A stretch of DNA of 64,000 bases from Pirellulales bacterium (lineage in GTDB: Bacteria > Planctomycetota > Planctomycetia > Pirellulales > JAICIG01). Made by a program: the position numbers and the translations under genes. The notes below the pieces were generated by a model. It did no database searches and was not told the DNA's origin. It saw nothing but the letters and a program-made list of their open reading frames with translations. Of the stretch, positions 10,261 through 21,800 are shown one piece after another. Positions within the stretch are counted from its first letter, which is position 1; every line of letters begins with the position of its first letter. The stretch spans positions 12,573-76,572 of the forward strand of contig DATLUO010000064.1 in assembly GCA_035533075.1 (NCBI GenBank), read 5' to 3'.

Positions 10261-10821
10261 GCGGCCGGCTGGTTTTTGTCCAGATCGGCGCCGCGGAGCA
10301 CAGTCATCCGCCGCTCGATAACGTCGTCGACCTGCGCGGCAAGACCGACCACCGGCAGTTGATCCGGCTGGTCTACCACTCGTCGGGTGTGTTGACCGGC
10401 GTTTCTTACCCCATGCACCTGGCCGCGGCTGTGCCTTGTAGACCGCTTGCTCCGCAAGCGGAACCCGCCTCGCCCAATCGACAAGCGTTCCATGAAGGGA
10501 GAGATCCGACGCAGATTCCGCGCCGTTCCGCTCACGGAGTGAGCGGGCTACGCCTGCGCCCCTGCGTGGTGATCAACGGCGGCCGAGAACCGCCGCACTG
10601 GGAACAGTACCCCGGCCACCAGTTCCTGCACACCATCGGGCGCGCTCGATTGTTGCGCCACCGGCGGCTGCTGGAAGTCGCGCGTCGTGCCGCTCGGCGA
10701 CGGCGATCACAAAGACCACGATCTCTGCCGTCAACCCATTGGCGGCTATCCGCGCTGCATGTGGCTGATTTCGCCCGGTGAGGTTATCCACGCCATCGAA
10801 CGCTGGCTGACGTGCGAGTGA
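10261..10821 (+). pseudogene. 3' portion of a family-9 glycosyltransferase (heptosyltransferase-like) gene, fused to the kinase fragment, interrupted by REPs and frameshifted
   Basis: 'DLRGKTDHRQLIRLVYHSSGVLTGVSYPMHLAAAV' matches the GT9 'GNDSGPMHLAAA' region. An insert of roughly 100 nt follows, then 'PCVVINGG'. Near 10640 the frame switches to 'LDCCATGGCWKSR...CMWLISPGEVIHAIERWLTCE*', which ends at 10821. Confidence 0.55.
10437..10545. repeat. REP cluster inside the GT9 pseudogene (R2 'CCGCTTGCTCCGCAAGCGG' plus an R1-like 'CCGTTCCGCTCACGGAGTGAGCGGGCTACG')
   Basis: Both palindromes are readable directly. Related copies occur at 37780, 37923, 43102 and 5397-5490. Confidence 0.75.
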
Positions 10822-10860
10822 AGATCCCCTGAATGCGACCCTTATTTCCAATTGCCTCCG

Positions 10861-11527
10861 ATGTCGACCATGTATATCGCTTGCAATAACACGATGCCCC
10901 GCGGCTATTTCCTGGGCGACGTCCTGACCGTGATCAAGACCGCCTGGATGCTCGTCGAGAATGAGCCGCACGAGCACATCGTGTTGTCGCTGCACGATCG
11001 CGAGCCGCTCAATTTTCTCTGGGACAAGTTCATCGCCGAGAATCGGGTCACCGTCATTCGGGACCGCTGGGAGCAGGGAAACCGCGACGCGCAGTACGCG
11101 GCGTTTGGCGATCGATTGACCAGTCATCCAGCGATCGCTCGATTTTCTTCGCGAGCTGCCGCTGGCCGGCCTGCAATTCCACGTCGATTCGCACGGCGAC
11201 CTGGCGATCAACCCCGATCTTCGCCGGCGCGTCGAGGCAATCGCGCCCGATGTTTGGCAATTCGCCGGCCACGTTCCTCAAGGCCGGATGTGCGACCGGC
11301 ATGCGCAGCTCATGGCGGTCGGGGCCGACGGCACACTCTACGAGTGCGTCACGAAGGCCTACCGCAACCTCGACCCGATTTGCAAGGTACACGGGGCGGT
11401 CCTCTTGGCCGACCTGCCGCGGCGCGTCGACTATTGCGATGTGCCCTGCTTTGCCATCTGCGATCACGTCAAGCATGTGCCGGAGGCCGCAACCCATCCG
11501 CCGGAGGCTGTATGCGACGCGCATTGA
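10861..11527 (+). pseudogene. Hypothetical gene with an apparent frameshift near 11118-11122
   Basis: The N-terminal part 'MSTMYIACNNTMPRGYFLGDVLTVIKTAWMLVENEP...AQYAAFGDRL' is in frame 1. The coding-like continuation 'VIQRSLDFLRELPLAGLQFHVDSHGDLAINPDL...CFAICDHVKHVPEAATHPPEAVCDAH*' is in frame 2. Frame 1 turns Arg-rich junk until gmd. Confidence 0.5.
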
Positions 11528-12483
11528 TTACGGGCTACACCGGCCAGGACGGCTCGTATTTGGCCGAGTTGCTCCTCGACAAAGGCTACGAAGTTTTTGG
11601 CCTGGTCCGCCGCCGCGCCACGCCGGGCGACCAGAACGTGGCCCAGTTGGCCGGCCAAGTCACCGTGCTCGACGGCGACATGACCGATCAGGCGTCGCTG
11701 TTCGCGGCGGTCGAGCGATCGCAGCCCGACGAGGTCTATAACCTGGCGGCGCAAAGCTATGTGGGCGCGAGCTGGGCCCAGCCCGAGGCCACGGCCCAGG
11801 TCACGGCGCTGGGCGCGCTGAGGCTGCTGGAAGCCGTGCGCCTGGTTCGGCCCACGGCGCGCTTCTACCAGGCCGGGTCGAGCGAAATGTTCGGCCTCTC
11901 GCCGCCGCCTCAAGACGAGGCCACGCCCTTCCATCCGCGCAGCCCGTACGGTGTGGCCAAAGTCTATGCCCACTGGGCCGCGGTCAACGCTCGCGAAAGC
12001 TATGGCTTGTTCGCTTGTTCGGGCATCCTGTTCAACCACGAGTCGCCGCGCCGCGGCCCGGAGTTCGTCACGCGCAAGCTCGCACGCGCGGCCGCGCGCA
12101 TCAGCCTCGGCCGCCAGCGCGGCGTATCGCTGGGCAACCTCGATGCTCGGCGCGATTGGGGATTCGCCGGCGACTACGCGCGGGCGATATGGCTCCTGCT
12201 GCAACAGGACCAGCCTCGCGATTTCGTCATCGGCACGGGAGAAACACACCGCGTCCGCGAGTTCGCCGAGCTGGCCTTCGCGCACGTCGGCCTCGATTAC
12301 CGCGATCACGTCGAGCGGCAACCTTCGCTGGCGCGCCCGGCCGAAGTGCCGGCGCTGCGCGCCGGTCCGTCGCGCGCGCAGCGTCAGCTTGGCTGGCAGG
12401 CGGAGATTTCGTTCACGCAACTGGTGGCCATGATGGTCGAACACGAGCTGGCCGCCGGCCGTGACGGCCTCCCCCCTCATTGA
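11521..12483 (+). CDS. gmd: GDP-mannose 4,6-dehydratase
   Basis: 'MRRALITGYTGQDGSYLAELLLDKGYEVFGLVRR', 'SPYGVAKVYAHW' and 'FNHESPRRG' are diagnostic SDR/Gmd motifs. The true start is ATG 11521, inside the longer ORF 10852-12483. Confidence 0.93.
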   Translation, partial: ALITGYTGQDGSYLAELLLDKGYEVFGLVRRRATPGDQNVAQLAGQVTVLDGDMTDQASLFAAVERSQPDEVYNLAAQSYVGASWAQPEATAQVTALGALRLLEAVRLVRPTARFYQAGSSEMFGLSPPPQDEATPFHPRSPYGVAKVYAHWAAVNARESYGLFACSGILFNHESPRRGPEFVTRKLARAAARISLGRQRGVSLGNLDARRDWGFAGDYARAIWLLLQQDQPRDFVIGTGETHRVREFAELAFAHVGLDYRDHVERQPSLARPAEVPALRAGPSRAQRQLGWQAEISFTQLVAMMVEHELAAGRDGLPPH

Positions 12484-12599
12484 AAAGGAGACATGACATG
12501 CCGGGTACACCTCAGCCAATCGATCGAGCCATCGCGGCCCACCAGTGCGGCCGTCTGGAAGTCGCCGATCAGAGCATAGTCTTCGATGCGTAAGGGCAT
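12477..12599 (-). pseudogene. N-terminal stub (about 40 codons) of a GH15 glucoamylase/trehalase-like gene
   Basis: 'MPLRIEDYALIGDFQTAALVGRDGSIDWL' is the conserved GH15 N-terminus. The sequence then diverges and stops, overlapping the 3' end of gmd. Confidence 0.5.
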
Positions 12600-12804
12600 G
12601 GCGGGCCTGTTCTCCGGGGCACGTAACGGGGATAAACCCATCATAGCCGATCGAGAAAAACACGCTTGTTCCTGCGGAACTTCTTGGCTCCTCGCCAAAG
12701 CGGGCGCCCCAGCAGGCAAATGCAGCCACTTAGCAGACATGTCAGCGTTGACGGTTCGGGTACCGTTGCAGCGGGCAGAAAATCGCGTGAGAAACGACGG
12801 CAAA

Positions 12805-15800
12805 CTAGCTCTGCGCGCGATCGTAGTATTCGTCGGAGGAGATCAACTGGGCGATGACCAACTCATCGCTTTCTCCGCGATCGATTTCGCCGGCAAAATA
12901 GGCCGCCACGGCGGCGCCGGCCGGGCGGTCCATGAATTGCTCAAACAGGGCGTCGACGCGAATGCGACGGTATTCCTCGCTCGAAAAGACGACGGCCGCC
13001 GCGTCGGAAGCCGTCAGGCCGCGGTCCATCAGGCCCTCGAAATAGGCCAGGCTGCCCGCATCGATCGGGCGGCCGAGCGCGTCGTGAAAGAGGGCTCTTA
13101 AAAAGCCCGCATTGCTGCCGCCCCCCTGCGTTTGGAAGTACTCCTGGGAGCCGACCAGCGCCTGGGCCATTCCCTCAATCGTTCCGCCGCCGTAAAGATA
13201 CGCCGTCCAGAATTGAATGCCGGCCGCATCCGGGGCACGGCCCAGATACTGCTGGTAGAGCGCCTCCACCGTGTCGCGCTGAAACTCTTCGGGGAAGGCC
13301 AGCTTGACGATGTCGTAGGCGACCTGCGAGCGGCTCTGGCCCTCGCGGAGAAAGCCCACCCAAAAGTCGCGGCCGCCCGGCTCGGCCAGCCGGCCGAACA
13401 GATCGCGATAGATCTCCTGAATGTAGTTCTGGTCCGCCGTTCCGACCGTTCCCTCCGCGAGCAGCTCTTCGCGGATCGTGGCCGTCGCACTGACGGTGGC
13501 CGTCGTGGCGCCGCTGGTCGCCGGGCCCGCCGTCTGCTCGATGCTGACCTGCACGCGGTAATGCCCTTCGTCGAGGTACTCGTGCGAGCCCGTTACCGTA
13601 TATTGTGGTGTAGGCGTCCCGCCTGCGTCGCCCGATGAGATTGCCACCGTGCCCGCCGAAGTCGCGCCGTCACCCCAGTTGATGGCGGCGGTAAAATCAG
13701 CGGCCGGCAAGGAACCGTCTCCAACCGTGAAAGTAGCTACGGTCACGCCGCTAGGCTCGCTGCGTTCATTGCCGGTCACGGCCGCCGCGGTGGCGTCGAT
13801 GCCGACTCCGCCGCTTGTCGTGGCGCTGGCAATGATCGCGGTATCGGTCACCGTGGCGTCGGGCGCCGCATCGTGGTGCAAAGTAACCTGAATGGCGAAC
13901 GTTCCGTCGTTGGAGTAAGCGTGCTGGCCGGTCAGGCTGAAGGTAGAACTGCTGGCATCGAGCGAGAGCGCTGTGTCGGTGGTGGTCGTGCCGTCGCCCC
14001 AATCGATCGTGGCTGAGTAGTCGGCAAGCGCCTCCGGGCCACCGGGATCAGTAAATACCGCCAGCGTCTGAGTTGCTGCCGCGCTGGCTTGCGTGGCCAA
14101 ATAGGTGAAGCCGCCCGTGCCCACCAGCGCCGGATCGCTGACCGCCGCGGTATCGCTCACCGTCACGTCGGGCGTCGCTTCGTGGTGCAGCGTGACGTGA
14201 ACGGCGTAATTTCCTTCTTCGGCGTAGGGGTGCTGGCCGCTGACGGTCAAGACGTGTGTTTCGGGATCGACCGAGAGTGAACCGGGCGTGGCACTACTAC
14301 CGTCGCCCCAGTCGATCGTGGCCGCATAGTTCGCCGGGGCCTCGGCGCCGCCAGGATCGGTGAAAGTGGCCACCGTTTGCGCGCCGGCGGTGCTGCCCTC
14401 GGTGGCCGAATAGGTGAAGCCGCCCGTGCGCGCCAGCGCGGGATCGCTGACCGCCGCGGTATCGCTCACCGTGACGTCGGGCGTCGCTTCGTGGTGGAGC
14501 GTGACGTGAACGGCGTAATTTCCTTCTTCGGCGTAGGCGTGCTGCCCGCTGACGGTCAAGACATGTGTTTCGGGATCGACCGAGAGGGACCCGGAGGTGG
14601 CGCTGCCGCCGTCGCCCCAGTCGATTGTGGCCGAGTAGTTGCTCAGCGGCTCGGCGCCGCCAAGATCCGTTAGGGTCACCAGCGTCTGGGCGGCCGCCGT
14701 GCTTCCTTCGACGGCGGAGTAGCTGAAGCCGCCGGTGGCCACGACGGCCGGATCGCTGATCGTCGCCGTGCCGGTCGCCGTCGCGGTGGCACCGCTGGTG
14801 TCGGCGAGGGCCACCGTGACCGACTTCGTGCCTTCCTCGCTGTACGTGTGCGAAGCGGAAACGGTGTAGATGCCCGCCGACAAGGAGACGGAACCGGCCG
14901 ATGTCGAACCGTCACCCCAGTCGATCGTGGCGGCCATCGCGCTCGGTTCGGGTGAGCCGTTGGCCACGGTGAAGGTGGCGAGGGCGACGTTCGTCAGCGG
15001 CGAGGATTCGACGCCCGCGATCGGCAAGCCCGCTCCGCTGATGGTTTCCGCCGCGGCAATACGGCTCTCATTGCCTAACTTGGCGGTCGCTCCGCCCGTG
15101 TCATTGACGATAACTGCGACAAAATCCGTTCCAGAGTTGGCATACGTGTGTTGACCGACGACGCCGAAGGCGCTGGTTTGCGTGCCGAGGCCGACGACGC
15201 TGCCGCTGGAAGTCGAGCCGTCGCCCCAATCGATGGTCGCCGTGTAATCGCTTGACGCGGCGGTCGAGTCGGCATCGGTAAACACTCCCACCACGGCGTT
15301 GACCGCCGCGTTTTGCGTGGCGTCGATCGGGATGGTCGGTAGCGCCGTCAGCGACGCGTCGGGGGCCGTGGAGACCTGGGCAACGTCGGTGACGTTCAAC
15401 TGCAGGCCGTCGTTGCGGACCAGCGAGACGGTCACGCTATACGTGCCAGCGTTCGTATAGTCCCCGTTGCCCAGCACGTCAAAGTGCGTTTTGTCGGTCG
15501 CGTCGTAGGTCACCAGACCGGCGGTGCTGTGGCCGTCGCCCCAGTCGATCGTGGCCGTGTAGTCGCTTGGCTGGTCTTGGGGGTTCACGTCGCTGATGAC
15601 GGCCACGGCCGCGCTGAATGCGACGTCGGCCTGCGCTTGGAGGGTTGTCCCCGTGGAGGTAGGCATGACCTCCACCGCGGCCGTCGCCGTCACGGCGGCC
15701 GTCGCGCCGCCTTTGTCCGTAATCGTGACGGCAATCGGCAATGAGCCGCTCGCTTGATAGGTGACCGATCCCGATACGTCGAACTGGCCGGCCACCGTTG

Positions 15801-18800
15801 GGTCGATGCTCACCGTGCCGGCGGTGGTCTGGCCGTCGCCCCAAACAATCTGGGCCGTGAAGTCGCTCGTTTGGGCTGTCGGATTGGCGTCGTTGAAGTA
15901 CGCCACCTCGCCGGAAAACGCCACGGCCTCCAAGGCGGCCAGCGGCACGGCCGTGGCCGTGGCCGTGGCCGTGAGCGGGCCGTCGCTGGCGGTGGCAGTG
16001 GAACTGAGCGTGGCGACGGCGCCGCCGGCGACGCCGATGGCGATCTTGACCGGATAGCTTCCCTCCTCGGTGTAGGTCGTACTGCCCATGACGCTGAACT
16101 GGTTGGTGCTGGCGTCGAAGACAACCGTGCCGGCGGTGGTCTGGCCGTTGCCCCAATCGATGGCCGCCTGGAAGTCGCCCGCGCCAAAACCCGGCGTGGA
16201 AAGAGTGAAGGTCGCCACGGCACCGCCGAAGGCAATCGCCTCCGTCGCCTGAATCGCCGTAGCGGTCGCTTGCACCGTTGCCCCGGCCACCACGGCGCTA
16301 CCAGCGGCAGCAGCATTGCCGCCGCCCGTGTCGAGGATTGACACGGTCACAGGCAACGTGCCGGCGTTCAGATAGGTGTGCGTGCCGCTGACTTCGTAGC
16401 CGCCGCCGGCAGCGGGCGCAATCGAGCCGTCGCTGCCGTTGCCATCACCCCAGAGGATTGTCGCGACAAAATCCGCGGCCGTGCTGGCGGCGTTCTGGTC
16501 GGCGAAGCTCGCGACGACGCCGGAGAAGGGCGCGGCCATCGCCGCGGACAAGGTCGTGCCTGTCGCCGTCAGGCTGGCGTCGGCGACATTGGCGACCACG
16601 CGCGCCTGCTCCGTGGCGCCTCCGTTGTCGGTGATGGTGACCGTGACAAGATACTCTCCGGCCGTGGCGTAGGTATTGGTTCCCGTAACCAGGTAGCGAT
16701 TGAAGTTGCCGGGACCGGCGGCAATCGCGCCGGCGGAGGTTTGTCCGTCGCCCCAATCAATCGTGGCGGCGTATTCGTCGAGCGTGCCAAACGGATTGCC
16801 GTCGCTGAAAGAAGCGACCACACCGGTGAAGGCCGCCGCCTCAGTGGCGGAAACCTGCACGCCGGAAACATCCAGCGGCGCGTCGCTCACGTTGGCCGCA
16901 CTGTCGGCCGTCGCCGCGGCGCCCGCGCGGGCCACCTGAACGGTCATGGAAAATGAGCCTTCCTCGGCGTAGGAGTGCGCCGCCGCCACGTCGAACTGGC
17001 CGGGCACGCTCGCATCGGCGCTGATCGCGCCGCTCGAGGTCTGGCCATCGCCCCAGACGATGATCGCCGTATAGTCGGCTGCCTGGTGGTCGGGGCTGGA
17101 ATCGGTGAAGGTGGCGATGGCGCCGCTTATAGCGGCCTGCTCGACCGCTTGCAGCGTGACGCCTGCGGCGGTCAAGGGCGAACTGTTGTTGGCGATCACG
17201 TCGGCACTGCTGGCGGCCATCGCGGTAGCGCCGCCCGCATCGAAGATCGATACGGCAACCTGGTAGGTCGCCGCCTGAGCGTAAGTATTTATGCCGACCA
17301 CCTGAAAGCTTCCGCCCGTGCCGGCTTGCACCAGGCCGAGCGATTTATGGCCGTCGCCCCAATCCACCAACGCGGTGAAGTCGCTGGCGGTTCCCGCCGC
17401 GTCGCTGTCCGTGAACGTCGCGACCACGCCGGAAAACGCCACGTTCGCCGTCGCGGCGACCGTTTCTCCGCTTGCCGCGAGTGCGGCATCGGGCGTCGCG
17501 CTGACGGTCATCGTGCTTGCTGCTGACGCGGCGCTGCCATCCTTGTCGGCGATGCTGACCGCCAGGTTGAGCGTTCCGGCCGAGGCGTAGACGTGCGACC
17601 CCAGCACGTCAAAGCCGCCGCCTGCGTCGGCGACGATGGTCCCTGCGGAATCTTGTCCATCGCCCCAGGCGATGTTGGCCGTGAAGTCGCTGGCCGTGCC
17701 CTGCGGGTTCGCGTCGGTAAAATGCGCGACGGTGCCAACAAACGTTGCTCCCGCCACGGCCGTTACGCTTTCTCCTGCTGCCGAGAGGGCCGCGTCGGCG
17801 ACGTTCTGCGAGGCCGCCAGGGAAGGCTGGTTGATGATCGCGGCGATTCCGTTGGCCGCCCCAATCACCAGGTCGCGCACGCCGTCGCCGTTGACGTCGG
17901 CCAGCGACACGAAATTGTTGCTATTGCCGTATTGCACGAACGTGGAAGCCGTGGAGTAGCGCAGCGGCGGCTGGAACGTGCCGTCGCCGTTGGGTCGCAG
18001 CACGGCCACGGCGCCGGCGCCATCGACCGCCACCAGGTCCGTCTTGCCGTCGCCGTACAGGTCGCCGGCCACATATTGCGAGGACGGCATGCCCAAGGCC
18101 GACGTGATCGGCGCTTGGAAGGTGCCGTCGCCATTGCCGAGCAGTACTTCGACGGAGCCGTCGGTCGTGCCGACGGCCACGTCGAGCTTGCCGTCGCCGT
18201 TGAAGTCGCCGAGTGTGAAGGCGATCGGATGATTGAACAAATCGACATTGGCAAGCGGGCCGGTGACGATCGGTGGTCCAAAGCCGCCTTTGCCGTCGCC
18301 GAGCTCGACCTGCACAAACGGCTGGCGTTGAATGGGATCTTCGCTATACGTAACCAGGTCGCGTTTGCCGTCGCCGTTGATGTCCGCCGCGCGCAGGACC
18401 GTGACCGTGGTGTTGTAGATGTTCACCAGCGGCGTGCTGCGCGGCGCTTGAAAGGTGCCGTCGCCGTTGCCCACGAGCAACACGCGCTGCGGACTGAAAG
18501 TGAAGCTGCTATCGGAGACGTCGGCCACGATGTCGGGGATGCCGTCGCCGGTGAAATCGCCCACGGTAAAGCCATTCACCACGCTGCGGAATCCCTGCTG
18601 CTTCTCGGCGTCGGTGCGGAAATCGTACTGGTTGGTTTGGAACGTGCCGTCGCCGTCGTTCACCAGCACCAGGGCATATTCCGAGAAGTCTGGCGCACCC
18701 TGCACCGCCACGAGGTCGGGTTTGCCGCTGCCGCGCAAGTCGACCGCCAACGGCGGCCCCGCGGTAACTCCTCCGTGCGGCAAACTATAGACGCGGCCGG

Positions 18801-21800
18801 CGCGGAGCGTGCCGTCGGCTTGGCCGAGCAGCACGCCGAAGGTGGCACCCGAAACGTTGAAATCGGTCGACCTGGTGAGCAGATCCGTCCGCCCATCGCC
18901 CGTCACGTCGGCGGCGGCCATGGTGATAAGTGATGAGCCGCTAATGGTCGCCGTCGCGTACACGGGGCCTGTCTGGAACGTGCCGTCGCCGTTGCCGAGA
19001 TACAGGTGGACGGCCCTCGGGGAGAGGGCGAAGTCGAGCTTGCCGTCGCCGTTAAAATCGGCCACCAGCGCGCCGCCGGTTCCCTGAAATCCGGTATCGA
19101 TCGTTTGGCCGGTGCGGAACGTGCCGTCGCCGTTGCTGAGAAGCACGGTCACCACTTCGCTGGTGCTCGGCTCGGTGGTCACGAGCAGATCGGCCTTGCC
19201 GTCTTGGTTGAAGTCGCCCGCTGAAACGGAGTCGACCACCGACGCGGTAAAGACGCTGACGGCCGGCTGGAACGTGCCGTCGCCGTTGCCGAGCAACACG
19301 TATACACCGCCTATGGCGGCGACCGCGATGTCCGGCTTGCCGTTCCCCTTGAAATCGCCGACCGTCGCCCCTTCCAGGCCGCTGCTGGCGACGGTGTAGC
19401 TTAGCGGCGTCTGGAACGTCCCGTCGCCGTTGCCCAGGAACACGAGCACCTGACTGACGTAGGCTTGACCTTGCAAGACTGCCGCGCTCGCCGGCACCAG
19501 CAGGTCGAGCTTGCCGTCGCCATTCAGGTCGGCCACGACGGGAGCGCCGCCCGTTCCGTTGACCGTGTACGACCACGAGGTCGTAAACAAGCCGTGGCCG
19601 TCGTTGAGCCAAACGGCCAAGGACGTGGTGTTGGTCGAAAAGTCATAGGCGGAGCTCACCAGGTCGGGCTTGCCGTCGGCGGTGAAGTCGCCGGTGGCTG
19701 CCGCCCTGGCGCCCACGCTGTTCCAGGTGGTGGCCGGCTGATAGCTGCCGTCGCCGTTGCCCGCGAAGAGCGACGTGCCGGTCACGAGGTCGGGCTTGCC
19801 GTCGCCGTTGAAATCGGCCGAGAGCAGGGCCGGGCCCGTTTGGCTGGCGTCGCTGGCGGCAAAAACCTTGGCGCTCTGATACGTGCCGTCGCCGTTGCCG
19901 GCAAGGACTTCGACGCCCACGACGCCGCCCGTCACCGCCACGTCGCTGTGGCCGTCGCCGTTGAAGTCGGCGGTCGCCAGGCCGGTGACGACGCTGCCTG
20001 TCGCGGTGACCTTGCCGTTGACGAACGTGCCGTCGCCGCGACCCAACAGGATGCTCACGGACCCATAACCGTTGGAATTGGAACTCATCGCCAGGTCGAG
20101 GTTGCCGTCGCCGTTGAAGTCTCCGGCGACCAGGCCCCCAGCTCCGCTTGGAACGGCAAACGACACGGGCGCCGCGAACGTGCCGTCGCCCTTATTCCGC
20201 AGCACGGTGACGCCCGAACCGAATACGTCGCTCCCCGCCGGCGTTCCCCCGTCGGCGACCGCGATGTCGAGCTTGCCGTGGCCGTAGAAATCGCCCAGAG
20301 TGGTCGCCCCGAAAGCGACTCCGGCGTCGTACGCGAGCGGCGACTGGAAGGTGCCGTCGCCGTTGCCCATGAGCGTGGCCAGGCGCGTGCCCGGCGCCGC
20401 CGGCGAACCGTCGAACGCCACCAGGTCGAGCTTGCCGTCGCCATTGAGGTCTCCCACCGCGGCGACCGAGAGGCCGCTGGCGACCTGCACTGCGGTGCCG
20501 AACGTTCCATCGCCCAGGTTGGGCAAGAGCCAGGTAGCGACCGAGGTCGTGGCGAGGACGATGTCGGGCTTGCCGCCCGAATGAAAGTTGCCGAGAAACA
20601 CTTGCGACGTGATCTGCTGGGTCTCGGCACCGTAGGTGACGCCGCTGGCGAAGGTGCCGTCGCCGTTGCCGATGAAGACCTGCGCGCCGCCTCCGCCAGC
20701 CACCACCAGGTCGAGCTTGCCGTCGCCATTCAAGTCGGCCACGGCCTGCGAGACGATCGGCTGCGCGCCGGTGTCGAACGCCACGCCGGCCTGGAACGTG
20801 CCGTCGCCGTTGCCCAGGAAAATCATTCCGGAGGCGGCGATGTCGGGCTTGCCGTCGCCGTTGAAATCGGCGATGGCGATCGAGTCCACCGGCTGCGGAT
20901 CGCTGGCCGGTATCGTGATCGTTGTCGGGCTGGCGAACGAACCATCGCCATTGCCCAACAGCACCAGCAGTTCCGACTGGAACGAACCCGGTGTGGTTTG
21001 GTACAAGCGTCCGACCACCAGGTCGAGCTTGCCGTCGCGCCTGAGGTCGCCGCTGGCCATCACCGACCACGCGCCCTCGTAGGCGGAGCGGGGCGCTTGC
21101 AGGCCGGTGATCTGTGCCGTTGGCTGGCTGGCTGAGGCCGCGACGGCCTGGCTGCCACCCTTGTCGCTGATGACGACGTGAAGGGCGTCGTTGCCCGCTT
21201 CGGCGAAGGTATGGCTGGCCGTGACGTGGAACCGCCCGCCGCCGTCGGCCACGACCGTCCCGGCGGAGGCCGCCGTGCCGTCGCCCCAGAGGACGCTGGC
21301 GGCAAAGTCGGAGGCCGGGGCTGTGCCGTTGGCATCGGCGAATGTGGCCACCGTGCCGCCAAACGCGATCCCTTCGACGGCCTGGATCGGCACGAGCGTC
21401 GCTTGGAGCGGAGCGTCGGCCACGTCGATCGTGTTGACCGCCGCCAGGTGGACCAGCGCGTTACCGGCGGCGGAATCCGCCACCAGTGAAGTCGTGCCGT
21501 CGGGGCTGACGCCGATCTTCAGCGCCGTGCCATCGGCCGCCGTCGTGTCCACAGGCGTGACGCCGTCGGCCCCCAGCAGCGTCAGCGAAAACATACTGCC
21601 GAACAGACCGTCGAGCGGCAGCTTCAAGGCGTCGCCTTCGAGCGTGACATCGAAGGAAAGCGTGCCGCCGTAGGTCAGCGCCTGCGTCAGCTCGTTGAGA
21701 ATGCTCGTGTTGGCAAGCTGAACGGTATTGGCAAGCGAGCCGGATGCCGCGCCGGTGAGCGTGGCATTGCCAAGCGTGCCCGCGCCGCCGGCGAACTGGC

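Noticed and set aside
8973-10781. A 602-aa plus-strand ORF treated as one gene.
   Set aside because: It is a mosaic. The first 500 nt are Arg-rich junk antisense to another ORF. A kinase fragment and a GT9 fragment follow, joined without their essential parts, together with REP insertions.
10852-12483. A 543-aa ORF treated as a single protein.
   Set aside because: The middle 130 residues are Arg/Pro-rich out-of-frame read-through. Gmd clearly begins at ATG 11521, and the upstream gene continues in another frame.
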